A DNA stretch of 25,686 nucleotides from a virus (Duplodnaviria; Caudoviricetes), in the IMG/VR virus record IMGVR_UViG_3300020043_004904, positions 1 to 25,686 of that record. One strand, written 5' to 3'. Position numbers and translations under genes: made by a program. A model generated the notes under the pieces. The model saw only the letters and a program-made list of their open reading frames with translations. It was not told where the DNA came from and ran no database searches. The number at the start of each line of letters is the position of its first letter. Positions within the stretch are counted from its first letter, which is position 1. This document shows, piece by piece, positions 14,200 to 24,370 of the stretch.

Positions 14200-14537
14200 A
14201 TATTGATTGGTCAAATGCGCCAGACGGCGCAACCGACTGGCAAAACAGCCTGATTGAGCGTCAAGAGGTGAGCAATCGCGTGGAACAATTGCGGAGCGTT
14301 GAAGCTGCGCGGCAGGTTGAAAAAGACGCGGTTAATAACCCATCCCACTACACCACAGGCGGCATCGAATGCATTGATGCTATGCAAGCTATGTTGAGTC
14401 GTGACGAATTTATCGGCTATCTGCGCGGCAATGTCTTTAAGTATCAATGGCGCTATCAGCACAAAAACGGCATTGAGGATCTGAAAAAAGCGCGGTGGTA
14501 TGCAAATCGGCTGATTGAGTTGGAGAGCGGGAAATGA
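14196..14537 (+). CDS. DUF3310-family protein
   Basis: VNNPSHY..GGIECID..GNVFKY.WR..KNGIEDLKKARWY. Confidence 0.9.
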   Translation: MNIDWSNAPDGATDWQNSLIERQEVSNRVEQLRSVEAARQVEKDAVNNPSHYTTGGIECIDAMQAMLSRDEFIGYLRGNVFKYQWRYQHKNGIEDLKKARWYANRLIELESGK

Positions 14538-14935
14538 GCGCCCGTCCCAAACTGCCAAGCTTAGCTGAGGTCATCGCTTTGGCTGAGCAGACCGGATTGG
14601 ATGTGTCTGTCGTCGATTTAGCGCGGATGCACAAGCATAGCGCGTTTAGTGAGCAGGTGGTGAGCGTGTTATGGCTTGATGCAACACCATATCGCAAGGC
14701 GGTCTACATGGGGCTTAAGCGATATGTCGGCACATGCAAGAAACACGGCGAGGTTGAGAGGTTTGTGTCGGGTCAAGTGTGTGTGCTTTGCTCAAGAGAG
14801 TGTGCTGTGCGATACAAGGCCAACAACCCCGAAAAGCGGATGGCTGCACACAAAAGATGGCGCGATGCTAATCATGATTATCTGATTGTGTATTGGCGGG
14901 CGAGATGGCAAAAACGTAAGGGAGTGGCGGCATGA
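14534..14935 (+). CDS. Hypothetical protein with Cys/His zinc-binding motif
   Basis: CKKHG..RFVSGQVCVLC; ATGA-coupled on both sides. Confidence 0.65.
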   Translation: MSARPKLPSLAEVIALAEQTGLDVSVVDLARMHKHSAFSEQVVSVLWLDATPYRKAVYMGLKRYVGTCKKHGEVERFVSGQVCVLCSRECAVRYKANNPEKRMAAHKRWRDANHDYLIVYWRARWQKRKGVAA

Positions 14936-15426
14936 GTCACGTCGAAATGATGCGTTTGGCTGAGTCTGTGGCACTGCAAAGTGTGTGCAAACGGGCGCAG
15001 GTGGGGGCTGCTTTGTGGTCGCCTGATGGTGATCGTTACGTTGGCTTTAATCATCGTGCGCCGATGTATTTCAAAAATCCAAAAACCGCTTGTTTGTGCT
15101 GTGAGGACTACACCGGAAAAACCCATCCTGATGTGGTTCACGCTGAGGATGATGCGATTTTCTCGGCGCTCACTTATCACGAGGACTTGTCAGAAATGGT
15201 GCTGTACGTCACACGGCAGCCCTGTATCAAATGCGCGCAATTGATCACGCAAACAGGCATCAAGTCCGTGTACTACCGCGACGTAGACGACAAGATGGAT
15301 GGTCTGCACTGGTTGAGATTGTGCGGAATCTCAGTCTTTAACGAGTGGATTGATGATCAGCCACAAGCGGTTTTAGAGCGTGTGCAGCGTACTTGGGCTG
15401 ATCGGTGGCATGATGTGCAGCCATGA
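14932..15426 (+). CDS. dCMP deaminase-family protein
   Basis: SVCKRAQVGA, VHAEDDAI and TRQPCIKCA zinc-deaminase motifs. Confidence 0.9.
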   Translation: MSHVEMMRLAESVALQSVCKRAQVGAALWSPDGDRYVGFNHRAPMYFKNPKTACLCCEDYTGKTHPDVVHAEDDAIFSALTYHEDLSEMVLYVTRQPCIKCAQLITQTGIKSVYYRDVDDKMDGLHWLRLCGISVFNEWIDDQPQAVLERVQRTWADRWHDVQP

Positions 15427-15605
15427 TCATCCCTGACTACCAATCCTACGCCCTGACGACAACAGGGCACGGATATTACCGCGTGCATTGGCGTGATGCG
15501 CCGAGTCGAGATGATCAAGTGGTCGTGGGTGGTATGCGCTGCCGTGTGATTCAGGTGGTGCATGAAGATGGTGGTGAAAGTAAGGTTTATGTGGAGTGGG
15601 TGTGA
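15423..15605 (+). CDS. Hypothetical protein (60 aa)
   Basis: Coupled overlaps at both ends. Confidence 0.55.
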   Translation: MIIPDYQSYALTTTGHGYYRVHWRDAPSRDDQVVVGGMRCRVIQVVHEDGGESKVYVEWV

Positions 15606-16210
15606 TGAATGCACTGGCAAAGTTTGACCCAAGCCAAGCGCCTTGGGATGTGTTGGAGTTGCTCGCATTGCTCAATGGCAAGGGGCAGTCGTATGAGATC
15701 GGTCGTGGCGGTGCGCCGAAAGTGACGGGGCTTGATGTTGCTGGAGCGTTGGCAGGGCTGCCCGATCATATCCAGCGGTATGCGTATCTGCTCGCAGGTG
15801 CTGCGCTGCGTCCTGCTGATACTAAACGGGTGGGCAATGCGCTCAAAGTCAAAGTGCGCGATGATTTGGCCAAGTCCAAGGCGACACCCAAAACCGCGAC
15901 GCTAGACAAGATTGCCGAGGGTATTGCTCGCTGTGCGCTGGTGCAACGGCTCAAGGCCAAAGGGGAGTGTACAATGTGCCATGGCGTGGGCAAGCTGCGT
16001 GCTGATGTGCGCATGGTGACGTGTGGCAAGTGTGACGGCACGGGTCGGGCGGTGTATACACTTAAAGAGCGTGTTGAGATAGTCGGGCTGCGTATTAGTG
16101 CGGTGGCGTATGCTAAGACGTGGGTGGCTTTTGAAGAGCGGGCGATGAGTTATGTGTATGAGTGGGATGAGCTGATCAGAGGTAACCTAAAACCGCTTGT
16201 ATCTGGTTAA
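15605..16210 (+). CDS. Q-like late antiterminator with DnaJ-type zinc finger
   Basis: CTMCHGVG...CGKCDGTG; last early gene, directly before the late promoter and terminators. Confidence 0.75.
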   Translation: MNALAKFDPSQAPWDVLELLALLNGKGQSYEIGRGGAPKVTGLDVAGALAGLPDHIQRYAYLLAGAALRPADTKRVGNALKVKVRDDLAKSKATPKTATLDKIAEGIARCALVQRLKAKGECTMCHGVGKLRADVRMVTCGKCDGTGRAVYTLKERVEIVGLRISAVAYAKTWVAFEERAMSYVYEWDELIRGNLKPLVSG

Positions 16211-16225
16211 TAGATCTGCTATATA
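16197..16225 (+). promoter_or_regulatory. Late promoter (pR'-like)
   Basis: TTGTAT-17 nt-TATATA with an extended TG. Confidence 0.65.
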
Positions 16226-16251
16226 AACACTATGCTGGTCGTATTATGCAA

Positions 16252-16275
16252 AGCTCACTTCGGTGGGCTTTTTTT
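16252..16275 (+). terminator. Intrinsic terminator 1 of the late leader
   Basis: AGCTCAC-TTCG-GTGGGCT followed by a T-run. Confidence 0.8.
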
Positions 16276-16298
16276 GTTGCCCAGCAAAAGTTTAACCC

Positions 16299-16319
16299 AC
16301 CGTCGAAAGGCGGTTTTTT
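16299..16319 (+). terminator. Intrinsic terminator 2 of the late leader
   Basis: ACCGTC-GAAA-GGCGGT followed by a T-run. Confidence 0.7.
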
Positions 16320-16338
16320 ACATTTTGGGGTGAGCATT

Positions 16339-16743
16339 ATGGCGGAGGTCAAGCTAACACCAAAGCAAGATAATTTCTGCCGTCTTTACATTGAATTAGG
16401 TAATGCAAGCGAAGCGTATCGTCAGTCTTATGATGCTGAGGATATGAATGATTATACGGTTAATCGCAAGGCAAAGGAGTTATTGGATAACGGCAAGATT
16501 GCGGCAAGACTTAATCAAATCCGCAGCGAACACATGCGCCGCCATGATTTGACAGTGGGCGATTTGCTAAAAGAGCTTGAAGAAGCTCGTCAGGCCGCAT
16601 TAGGCGCAGAGAATCCGCAATCGTCGGCAGCGGTGGCCGCAACAATGGGCAAAGCCAAGATACTCGGACTAGACAAGCAGATTGTTGAGCAGACAATCAA
16701 CGGCAATCTAGCTCACACAATCACGGTCGTCTTTGATGACTAA
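16339..16743 (+). CDS. terS: Terminase small subunit
   Basis: KLTPKQDNFCRLYIELGNASEAYRQSY..AKELL..KIAARL; directly upstream of terL. Confidence 0.9.
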   Translation: MAEVKLTPKQDNFCRLYIELGNASEAYRQSYDAEDMNDYTVNRKAKELLDNGKIAARLNQIRSEHMRRHDLTVGDLLKELEEARQAALGAENPQSSAAVAATMGKAKILGLDKQIVEQTINGNLAHTITVVFDD

Positions 16744-18013
16744 TACCATCTACAAGCCATTACCTGCATTTAAACCGCTATACAAAGCCATCACGACCTT
16801 TTACGCCTATCACGGTGGCCGTGGTGGTGGCAAGTCGTGGGGCATTGCAGACTTTACATTGCTCGCAGGTGTGCAAGCCAAGCATCGTGTGCTGTGTTGC
16901 CGCGAGGTGCAAAAGTCCATCAAAGAGTCTGTGCATCGTTTGCTGTCTGATCGCATTGAAGCACTTGGTCTGTCGGGGTTTTACGAGATTCTTGAGACTG
17001 AGATACGCGGTAAAAACGGCACCACATTTAGCTTTAGTGGATTGCTACAACACACGGTCGCGTCTATCAAATCGTTCGAGGGTGCAACGATCACATGGAT
17101 TGAGGAAGCGCAGACCATCAGCCAGCGCAGCCTATCTATCCTGATCCCTACAGTATTGCGCACACCCAATGCGATTGTGGTGTTTAGTCTCAATCCATAT
17201 TTGCCCACCGATCCTGTTTACGCCGAATACGTCGAGAAGCAGCGCGATGATTGTACGGTGGTGCAGATTAACTACACAGACAATCCGCATTGCCCTGAGC
17301 TGCTCAAGATCGAAGCTGAGAAGCTAAGAGAGAGCGATCCAGAAGCGTATGACAATATTTGGCTAGGTCGTCCCAAGTACATCGCTGATGGCGCTGTGTA
17401 CAAAAACGAGTTAGCCAAAGCTCGCAGCGATGGCCGGATTACTCGCGTCCCTATTGATCCGGCGCTCAAAGTCCACACGGTATGGGATTTGGGTGTTAGC
17501 GACTCAACAACGATTTGGTTTGTGCAGGTCGTGGGCAAAGAAGTCCGCGTCGTTGACTACTACGAAGCCACTGGCGAGGGTCTGCCGCACTATGCGCGCA
17601 TCCTAGAGCAACGCGGCTATCTGTACGGCAAGCACTTTGCTCCGCATGACATTGTAGTGCGTGAGCTGGGGTCTGGCGTATCTCGGATTGAGACTGCCAA
17701 AAAGCTTGGTATCAACTTTGAGATCGTCAAAAACGTGTCAGTTGAAGATGGCATCGAAGCAAGCCGTCAAATCCTGTCTAGCTGCTGGTTTGACACAGAC
17801 AAATGCTCGGCAGGCTTGCACGCATTAAGCAACTATCGGCGCGAGTACAACGACAAGATGGGCGAGTTTAAGGCTCGTCCTGTCCATGACTGGGCAAGTC
17901 ATGCCGCTGATGCGTTTCGGTATCTGGCGCTGTCTGTTCAAGCGATGCACGTCACGCCACCACCACCGCCACCATCCATGCCCAAACGCACACATCATTG
18001 GAACCGCAGATAA
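16736..18013 (+). CDS. terL: Terminase large subunit (PBSX/Terminase_3-like)
   Basis: GGRGGGKS Walker A, CCREVQKSI, WIEEAQ Walker B, WDLGVSD and HAADAFRY nuclease motifs. Confidence 0.96.
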   Translation: MTNTIYKPLPAFKPLYKAITTFYAYHGGRGGGKSWGIADFTLLAGVQAKHRVLCCREVQKSIKESVHRLLSDRIEALGLSGFYEILETEIRGKNGTTFSFSGLLQHTVASIKSFEGATITWIEEAQTISQRSLSILIPTVLRTPNAIVVFSLNPYLPTDPVYAEYVEKQRDDCTVVQINYTDNPHCPELLKIEAEKLRESDPEAYDNIWLGRPKYIADGAVYKNELAKARSDGRITRVPIDPALKVHTVWDLGVSDSTTIWFVQVVGKEVRVVDYYEATGEGLPHYARILEQRGYLYGKHFAPHDIVVRELGSGVSRIETAKKLGINFEIVKNVSVEDGIEASRQILSSCWFDTDKCSAGLHALSNYRREYNDKMGEFKARPVHDWASHAADAFRYLALSVQAMHVTPPPPPPSMPKRTHHWNRR

Positions 18014-20145
18014 TGACCACGACTGACAAACTCACGCAAGTGCACGAACGCGCTATGCGTGGCTTTGACGCGACTTATGACCCACAGCGCGACAATCGGG
18101 CGCAGTGTCTTGAAGATCGCCGGTTTGCGTTTGTTCAGGGTGCGCAGTGGGAAGACAATCTCGGTCAGCAGTTTGAAAACCGCCCGAAGTTTGAAGTTAA
18201 TAAGGTGTCTTTGGCGGTCACTCGGTTGTTTAGCGAATACCGCAACAATCGGATCACGGTCAACTTCAAATGCAAAGACTCGTCAGGCAGCAAAGAAACT
18301 GCCGAAAACATGAACGGCCTGTATCGTGCCGACGAACAAGACTGCAATGGTCAGGAAGCCTACGATAACGCCTTTGAAGAAGCTGTCGCAGGCGGTATCG
18401 GTGCATGGAAGATCAAGGCCAAATACGAAGATGAAGAAGATGAGGACGACGACCGCCAGCGCATCGTCTTAGAGCCAATCTTTGATGCTGACCAAACCGT
18501 GTTTTTTGATGTGTCAGCTAAGCGTCAAGACAAGGCTGATGCCAAGTACGCATGGCATATTATCAGCATGACGCCCGATGCTTACGAAGAGCGGTTCGGC
18601 AAGTCGCCATCGTCGTTTGATGTGGTTGAAAAGAACCAGTACTCATTTGAGTGGTTCTCAGCCGATGTGGTCAATGTCGCCGAATACTACGAAGTCGAAG
18701 AAGTTAAGCAAAAGATCGCCTTCTACAAACACGACACCGCCAAAGATGAAGTGAAGTTGAACGAATCTGAGGAAGAAGCCGAAGAATTGGCTGATCAGAT
18801 TCGGGCGCTTGAAGCTCAAGGCTACTATCGCGCACGCACCAAGACGATCAAATGCCGCAAGGTGCATTTGTATGTGATTGATGCGTCGGGTGTGCTCGAA
18901 GATCATGGCTACATTGCAGGCAAGTACATCCCGATCATCCCGATGTATGGCAAGCGGATGTTTGTCGACGGCATCGAACGGGCATGGGGTCATGTGCGCA
19001 TTGCTCGCGATCCACAGCAGATTTACAACACCATTACGTCAGCACTGGTCGAGATTGCGGCGAGTGGCTACAAGCAAAAACCAATCTTTACGCCCGAACA
19101 AATCGCGGGCAACGAAAATATGTGGGCTGATGATGCGGTTGAAGATTATCCATATCTGCTGATCAACCAGACCACAGACGCAAATGGCAACAAACTGCCG
19201 CCTGCACCTGTTGCATACACACAGCCGCCACAACTACCACAGGCCATGACCGCGCTGATTCAAGTAGCAGGTGTGGATATCGCCGAACTGACCGGCAATC
19301 AGCAAAACGCCGACCAAATGGTCAGCAATATTGCTACTGAAACCGTCGAGAAGATCCATGAGCGCCTAGACATGCAGGCGTTTATCTACATGGACAACAT
19401 GGCTAAAGCGATGCGGCATAGTGGCTGCGTCTGGCTGTCGATGGCACAAGAACTTTACGACGAGGATGGCCGTGAAATGCGTGCGGTGTGGCATGACGAC
19501 ACCGAAGACACGATTGTGATCAATCAGCCGACCATGAAAGACAATGTGCTGAAATACGAGAACAATCTGTCCGACGGCAAGTATGACGTGGCTGTTGATG
19601 TGGGCGCGTCGTTTGCATCTCGTCGTGAAAAAACCGTGTCAAACCTGCTCAAAATGCTGCCGGTTACGCCCGATCCTGAGTTGCAAGCCGTCATCTCAGC
19701 CACGATTGTGAGTAACTTGGACGGCGAAGGGCTGTCTGATCTCGCTAAGTTTGGCCGCAAGAAACTACTTGCGATGGGCGCAGTAGAGCCAACCGACGAC
19801 GAAATCAAAGAGCAACAAGAGCAAGCAGCAGCAATGGCGAATCAGCCGCCTGATGCACAAACCCAACTCATGCAGAAGATGGGCGAGGAAGCGCAGGCCA
19901 ATGCTGAAGCTGCACGCGCCAAGACCGCCCACACACTAGCGCAGGCTGATAAGGCCAATGCTGAAACCATCAAGATCATGATGGAAGCACAGCAGCAGCA
20001 AAACGCGCAAATGGCACAGATCCTACAAATGTTGTCGGCTATGCAAGGCTCACAGCAGCAAAACCAGCAACAAATCGCGGCGAGTGTTGAGACTAATCCG
20101 ACACCCATGCCGCAACTCCCACAAGGCGTCCAGTCGCCTATCTAA
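18013..20145 (+). CDS. Portal protein, P22-like
   Basis: About 710 aa after terL; GAQW and KYDVAVDVGASF motifs; long Gln/Ala-rich C-terminal barrel region. Confidence 0.9.
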   Translation: MTTTDKLTQVHERAMRGFDATYDPQRDNRAQCLEDRRFAFVQGAQWEDNLGQQFENRPKFEVNKVSLAVTRLFSEYRNNRITVNFKCKDSSGSKETAENMNGLYRADEQDCNGQEAYDNAFEEAVAGGIGAWKIKAKYEDEEDEDDDRQRIVLEPIFDADQTVFFDVSAKRQDKADAKYAWHIISMTPDAYEERFGKSPSSFDVVEKNQYSFEWFSADVVNVAEYYEVEEVKQKIAFYKHDTAKDEVKLNESEEEAEELADQIRALEAQGYYRARTKTIKCRKVHLYVIDASGVLEDHGYIAGKYIPIIPMYGKRMFVDGIERAWGHVRIARDPQQIYNTITSALVEIAASGYKQKPIFTPEQIAGNENMWADDAVEDYPYLLINQTTDANGNKLPPAPVAYTQPPQLPQAMTALIQVAGVDIAELTGNQQNADQMVSNIATETVEKIHERLDMQAFIYMDNMAKAMRHSGCVWLSMAQELYDEDGREMRAVWHDDTEDTIVINQPTMKDNVLKYENNLSDGKYDVAVDVGASFASRREKTVSNLLKMLPVTPDPELQAVISATIVSNLDGEGLSDLAKFGRKKLLAMGAVEPTDDEIKEQQEQAAAMANQPPDAQTQLMQKMGEEAQANAEAARAKTAHTLAQADKANAETIKIMMEAQQQQNAQMAQILQMLSAMQGSQQQNQQQIAASVETNPTPMPQLPQGVQSPI

Positions 20146-20166
20146 GACTGAGCAATCGAGGTTTTT

Positions 20167-21033
20167 ATGACACTACAGGCTGATGAAAGCTTGGGTACGG
20201 ACTCGTCTGAGCAATTACCGGACGATGATCTGAACACCGATATTGACACCGACGAAGCTGAGAATGATCCGGCTGATGATGGCGAAGTTGAAGTGACGTT
20301 TGGCGAGCCGTCAGACGATGAAGCCCAAGAGAGTGAAGATGATGGTGATGAAGATGCGTCATCGGTCATTCGCAACATGCGCAAACGTGAGCGCGAAAAA
20401 GACCGGAAGCTTCGTCAAGCCGAACGTGAGTTAGAGCAACTGCGCAAAGCCCAACAACCACAGCAGCAAGTGCCAGAACTTCCGCCAAAACCCACGCTTG
20501 AGTCGTGCGACTGGGATGAGTCTGAATTTGAGCAAAAGCTGATTGATTGGCAAAAGCAAGCTAGTCAGGTTGAGCAAGCCAAGGTTAAAGCGCAAGAGCA
20601 GCAACAAGCTTTGGTGCGCGAAGCAGAAGCCAAGCGAACCGCTTACCAAGAGGGTGCAAAGAAACTCAAGGTTAAAGACTTTGCGGATGCCGAAGAAGAA
20701 GTCGTTTCAATCTTCGATCAGGCACGGCAGAGCATCTTGCTTGAGGCTTCCGATAATCCAGCACTGCTGGTATATGCCCTAGGCAAAAATCCCGCCCAAC
20801 TCGAACGTCTGTCGAAAATCACCAGTCTAGCCAAGTTTGCCGCAGAACTCGGCAAGCTCGAAAAGGATCTGAAAGTGTCGAAACCAACCAAACCAGCTCC
20901 TGCTGACACCAACTTGCGCAGCAATGCGCCCGCGTCAGGCAGTAGCAAGAAATTAGCTCAACTTGAAGCTGATGCAGAACGGACGGGCGACCGTACCAAA
21001 CTGATCGCTTACAAGAAAAGCCTTCGCAAATAA
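20167..21033 (+). CDS. Scaffolding protein
   Basis: Very acidic N-terminus, coiled coil, between portal and coat. Confidence 0.85.
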   Translation: MTLQADESLGTDSSEQLPDDDLNTDIDTDEAENDPADDGEVEVTFGEPSDDEAQESEDDGDEDASSVIRNMRKREREKDRKLRQAERELEQLRKAQQPQQQVPELPPKPTLESCDWDESEFEQKLIDWQKQASQVEQAKVKAQEQQQALVREAEAKRTAYQEGAKKLKVKDFADAEEEVVSIFDQARQSILLEASDNPALLVYALGKNPAQLERLSKITSLAKFAAELGKLEKDLKVSKPTKPAPADTNLRSNAPASGSSKKLAQLEADAERTGDRTKLIAYKKSLRK

Positions 21034-21051
21034 TCCATGAGGTTTTGAATT

Positions 21052-22314
21052 ATGGCTACCAGTTTTACCAAGCAAGAACAGGTGATGTTTGATAACGTCA
21101 TCGAAGGTTTTGATGACTTGCTCGTCATCGCAAAAGGCGCTGAACTCTATAACCCATTGACCGCACAAGAAGCAGTCAATGCTCAAGATAAGTTTTGGCT
21201 TCCATCCCCAATGATTGGCGCGTCGTATGACGGCTTTGATCAGTCCGCAAACTTTGATGGTCTGACTCAACTCAACGTGCCATGCTCAGTTGGGTATCAC
21301 AAGTCTATCCCCAAGACGCTGAGTTCCAAAAATCTGCGCAACACGTTTGCCATGAACCAGTATGGTGTGGCTTCCAAGCAAAAATTGGCGTCTGACGTCA
21401 ACTTGGCGCTGTTCAATACCGCTGCGCTGTATGGCTCGGTCGTATCGAAGCGCACCGGTGCAGCGACTGGTTACGACGATGTGGCCGACTTGGATAATCG
21501 CTTTACGCGTATTGGTGTGCCACAAGATGGCCGTATGGCGTTTTATGCGCCTAGTGCCATGAATGCGATGGCTGGCAATTTGGCTGGTCGTGCTGAAGAC
21601 TCCGCTCGTTCGCGTGATGCGTATGAGCGTGCGATGATCCGTAGCGACGTTGCGGGCTTTCAGGTGTTCAAGAACGACCAAGAAATCCGCCTGACTGCTG
21701 CGACTGGTGGTGCTGTCTTGGTGAATGGTGCCAACCAACGCACTGTGCCTGCTGCAACCGTTACTAGCGCAGGTCTGACCGAAAACAAGGACAACCGCTA
21801 CACCGATCTGGTTGTTGATGGTGGCACTTACGCCAACACCAAAGTCGGCGATGCTTTCACCATTGATGGGGTTTTTGAAATCCATCTGATCACCAAGCAA
21901 AACACCGGCAGCCTGAAATCGTTCCGTGTGGTCGATAAGCCTGCCGCCAATACCATCCGCATCTATCCAGCAATCATTGATGCTGCCGAAGGTTCAATCG
22001 GCTCGAAAGAGTACGCGAACGTATCGAACGCACCCGCTGACAATGCTGCGCTGACTTGGCTCAATACTGTTGACGCGCCGATGAATCCGTTCTTCCGTAA
22101 GGAATCGCTGATTCTTATCCCCGGCTCGTACAGTGTGGATGCTGCTGACGGTTGGATGGTTATGCGTGCTACCACCAGTTTGGGTATTGGCATTACCTAC
22201 ACTCGCCAAGGCTCAATCAATGACCTGAGCGTCAAAGCTCGTTGGGATATTGATTTTGGTACTGCGTTGCTCAATCCAGAAATGGCTGGCGTGCAGTTGT
22301 TTGGTCAGTCCTAA
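21052..22314 (+). CDS. Major capsid (coat) protein, P22 gp5-like
   Basis: 420 aa after the scaffold; KQKLASDVN, KVGDAFTIDGV and NPEMAG motifs; followed by a terminator. Confidence 0.92.
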   Translation: MATSFTKQEQVMFDNVIEGFDDLLVIAKGAELYNPLTAQEAVNAQDKFWLPSPMIGASYDGFDQSANFDGLTQLNVPCSVGYHKSIPKTLSSKNLRNTFAMNQYGVASKQKLASDVNLALFNTAALYGSVVSKRTGAATGYDDVADLDNRFTRIGVPQDGRMAFYAPSAMNAMAGNLAGRAEDSARSRDAYERAMIRSDVAGFQVFKNDQEIRLTAATGGAVLVNGANQRTVPAATVTSAGLTENKDNRYTDLVVDGGTYANTKVGDAFTIDGVFEIHLITKQNTGSLKSFRVVDKPAANTIRIYPAIIDAAEGSIGSKEYANVSNAPADNAALTWLNTVDAPMNPFFRKESLILIPGSYSVDAADGWMVMRATTSLGIGITYTRQGSINDLSVKARWDIDFGTALLNPEMAGVQLFGQS

Positions 22315-22330
22315 TCAACACCACGACAAT

Positions 22331-22351
22331 AGGGGCTTAAATGCCCCTTTG
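22331..22351 (+). terminator. Terminator after the coat gene
   Basis: AGGGGC-ttaaat-GCCCCT followed by TT. Confidence 0.6.
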
Positions 22352-22371
22352 TCGTTTCTGGAGCTTTGAAA

Positions 22372-22554
22372 ATGCAGAATCCGACGATGTTGTACAAAGC
22401 AGATGGCGACACCGAAGTGTGGGGGATGATGCTGCAAACCACAGTTGTGGATGCTGACGAAGTTGAGAGTTATCTCATTGACGGATGGGTTGATCATCCG
22501 CATAAGGTGGCGCAATCGCCTGAGCCTAAAACTCGTCTGAGCAAAACAAAATGA
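22372..22554 (+). CDS. Small conserved post-capsid protein (60 aa)
   Basis: PTMLYK..VDADEVESYL.DGWVDHP pattern, SD GGAG. Confidence 0.7.
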   Translation: MQNPTMLYKADGDTEVWGMMLQTTVVDADEVESYLIDGWVDHPHKVAQSPEPKTRLSKTK

Positions 22555-22967
22555 TCAAAAAACGCTATCTCATCGACCAAGCCATGACCGAAATCGGCAT
22601 GGGTGGCTATCAGTTTGATGCATCACCCGAAGAGCAGGCCGATATTTTGCGCCAAATGGACGCAATGGTTGCGGTCTGGTCGTCAAAAGGTGTTGATATT
22701 GGATATGTTCTGCCAACCAATCCGACCGACAGCGATCTTGATGATGATAGCGGTATTGAATTGCAACACGCGGCGGCGGTTTATAAATCGCTCGCCGTTC
22801 AGATTTGCCCGATGTATGGCAAACAACCAAACATCTTGCTTGTCAAAACACAAGAGGATGCCTATAACGCCATGCTGTCCAGCGTGGCTGTTATGCCAGA
22901 GCGCCAATATCCAGACCGGTACCCATTAGGCGCTGGCAATCGTCGCTTTAGACGTTGGGGTTATTAA
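22551..22967 (+). CDS. Head-to-tail adaptor / DNA stabilization protein (P22 gp4-like)
   Basis: Size and synteny; LAVQICPMYGK and PLGAGNR motifs. Confidence 0.8.
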   Translation: MIKKRYLIDQAMTEIGMGGYQFDASPEEQADILRQMDAMVAVWSSKGVDIGYVLPTNPTDSDLDDDSGIELQHAAAVYKSLAVQICPMYGKQPNILLVKTQEDAYNAMLSSVAVMPERQYPDRYPLGAGNRRFRRWGY

Positions 22968-24370
22968 TGCAAGTGCCCGTGCTTAGCGGTATTTATGCCG
23001 ATGCAAAATCTGATTTTCGCACGTCATATCCAGTCAATCTTGTGCCAGTGCCCAAAGATACGGGCATCAGCAAAGGCTACCTACGCACCGCTGATGGCAT
23101 TGCTCACTTTGCTGATACTGGTGGGTTGGATCGTGGCGGTATCGTGTGGGGTGGTGTGCTGTATCGTGTGTGTGGCGGTTCGCTGGTTCGAGTCAATCAA
23201 GACGGTAGCCTGTCCGCTATTGGATCGGTCGGCTCAGGTGGTCGCTGTTCGTTCGATTATTCGTTTGATCGGCTGGCTGTGTCGTCTGGTGGTCGATTCT
23301 ATTACTACAACGGTGCAACGCTGACACGGGTCACTGATGCTGATCTTGGCGTGGTGGTTGATCATGTATGGATTGACGGGTACCACGTCACCACAGATGG
23401 CGAATTCATCGTCGTTACTGAGTTGAATGATCCGACTGCGGTCAATCCACTCAAATATGGCTCAAGCGAGTTTGATCCTGACAATATTGTCGGGCTGCTC
23501 AAGGTTCGTAATGAATTGGTTGTATTGAACCGACACAGCATTGAAGTGTTTGATAATGTCGGCGGCGAGTTATTCCCGTTTCAACGTATTGATGGGGCGG
23601 TGATTCAAAAGGGCATTGTTGGCTCTCATGCAAAATGTATGTTTGCCCAAACATTTGCTTTTGTTGGTGGTGGTCGCAACGAACCAATTAGCGTTTATGT
23701 GGGTGCTAATGGTGGGGCGCAAAAGATCGCCACACGCGAAATCGAATCAATCATTGCTCAATACGCTGAATCGCAACTATCTGGCATGGTGGTTGAGTCT
23801 CGTGAGCACGAAACTCACCAATGCTTGTATATCCATTTGCTCAACGAAACATTGGTTTATGACTTGGCAGGGTCGTCGGCTTCTGGACAGCCAGTTTGGT
23901 TTATTTTGAAAAGTGGTAGTGCTGCAAATCAGCAGTATCGGGCTATTAATTTTGTTTATGCCTACAACAAATGGATCGTGGGTGACAAACTGCAAGCCAC
24001 GCTTGGCTACATGACCGATGCAACATTTGCCCAATACGATCAGCCCACAGGATGGCGCTTTGATACGGCGCTGATCTACAACGAAGGCATGGGCGCGATT
24101 ATCAATTCAATCGAGCTTGTGGGTACCGTAGGGCGTGCAGCAACAGGACAGCAGCCTAGTGTGTTTTGCTCGTACACCAAAGATGGGTTGACGTGGTCAC
24201 AAGAGCGCAGCAGATCAGCCGGTTTGCGTGGTGACTATGCTCACCGCATGACGTGGCACCGGTTTGGCGTTCGATTTGGTCATTGGCTTGGCTTGCGCTT
24301 TCGTGGCGTTGGCTCGACCACTTTGGCGATTCCTCGCCTTGAAATTCAGGTGGAGCCATTGAATGCCTAA
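22967..24370 (+). CDS. Tail hub / DNA stabilization protein (P22 gp10-like)
   Basis: About 467 aa, beta-rich, PVNLVPV and PDNIVG motifs, follows the gp4-like gene. Confidence 0.85.
   Translation: MQVPVLSGIYADAKSDFRTSYPVNLVPVPKDTGISKGYLRTADGIAHFADTGGLDRGGIVWGGVLYRVCGGSLVRVNQDGSLSAIGSVGSGGRCSFDYSFDRLAVSSGGRFYYYNGATLTRVTDADLGVVVDHVWIDGYHVTTDGEFIVVTELNDPTAVNPLKYGSSEFDPDNIVGLLKVRNELVVLNRHSIEVFDNVGGELFPFQRIDGAVIQKGIVGSHAKCMFAQTFAFVGGGRNEPISVYVGANGGAQKIATREIESIIAQYAESQLSGMVVESREHETHQCLYIHLLNETLVYDLAGSSASGQPVWFILKSGSAANQQYRAINFVYAYNKWIVGDKLQATLGYMTDATFAQYDQPTGWRFDTALIYNEGMGAIINSIELVGTVGRAATGQQPSVFCSYTKDGLTWSQERSRSAGLRGDYAHRMTWHRFGVRFGHWLGLRFRGVGSTTLAIPRLEIQVEPLNA

Noticed and set aside
17953-17977. 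Poly-proline run at the TerL C-terminus
   Set aside because: Short low-complexity linker with mixed codons; no sign of a special function.
21286-21900. Long antisense ORFs opposite the coat gene, dnaB and others
   Set aside because: Shadow frames of well-supported sense genes, with no recognisable motifs.
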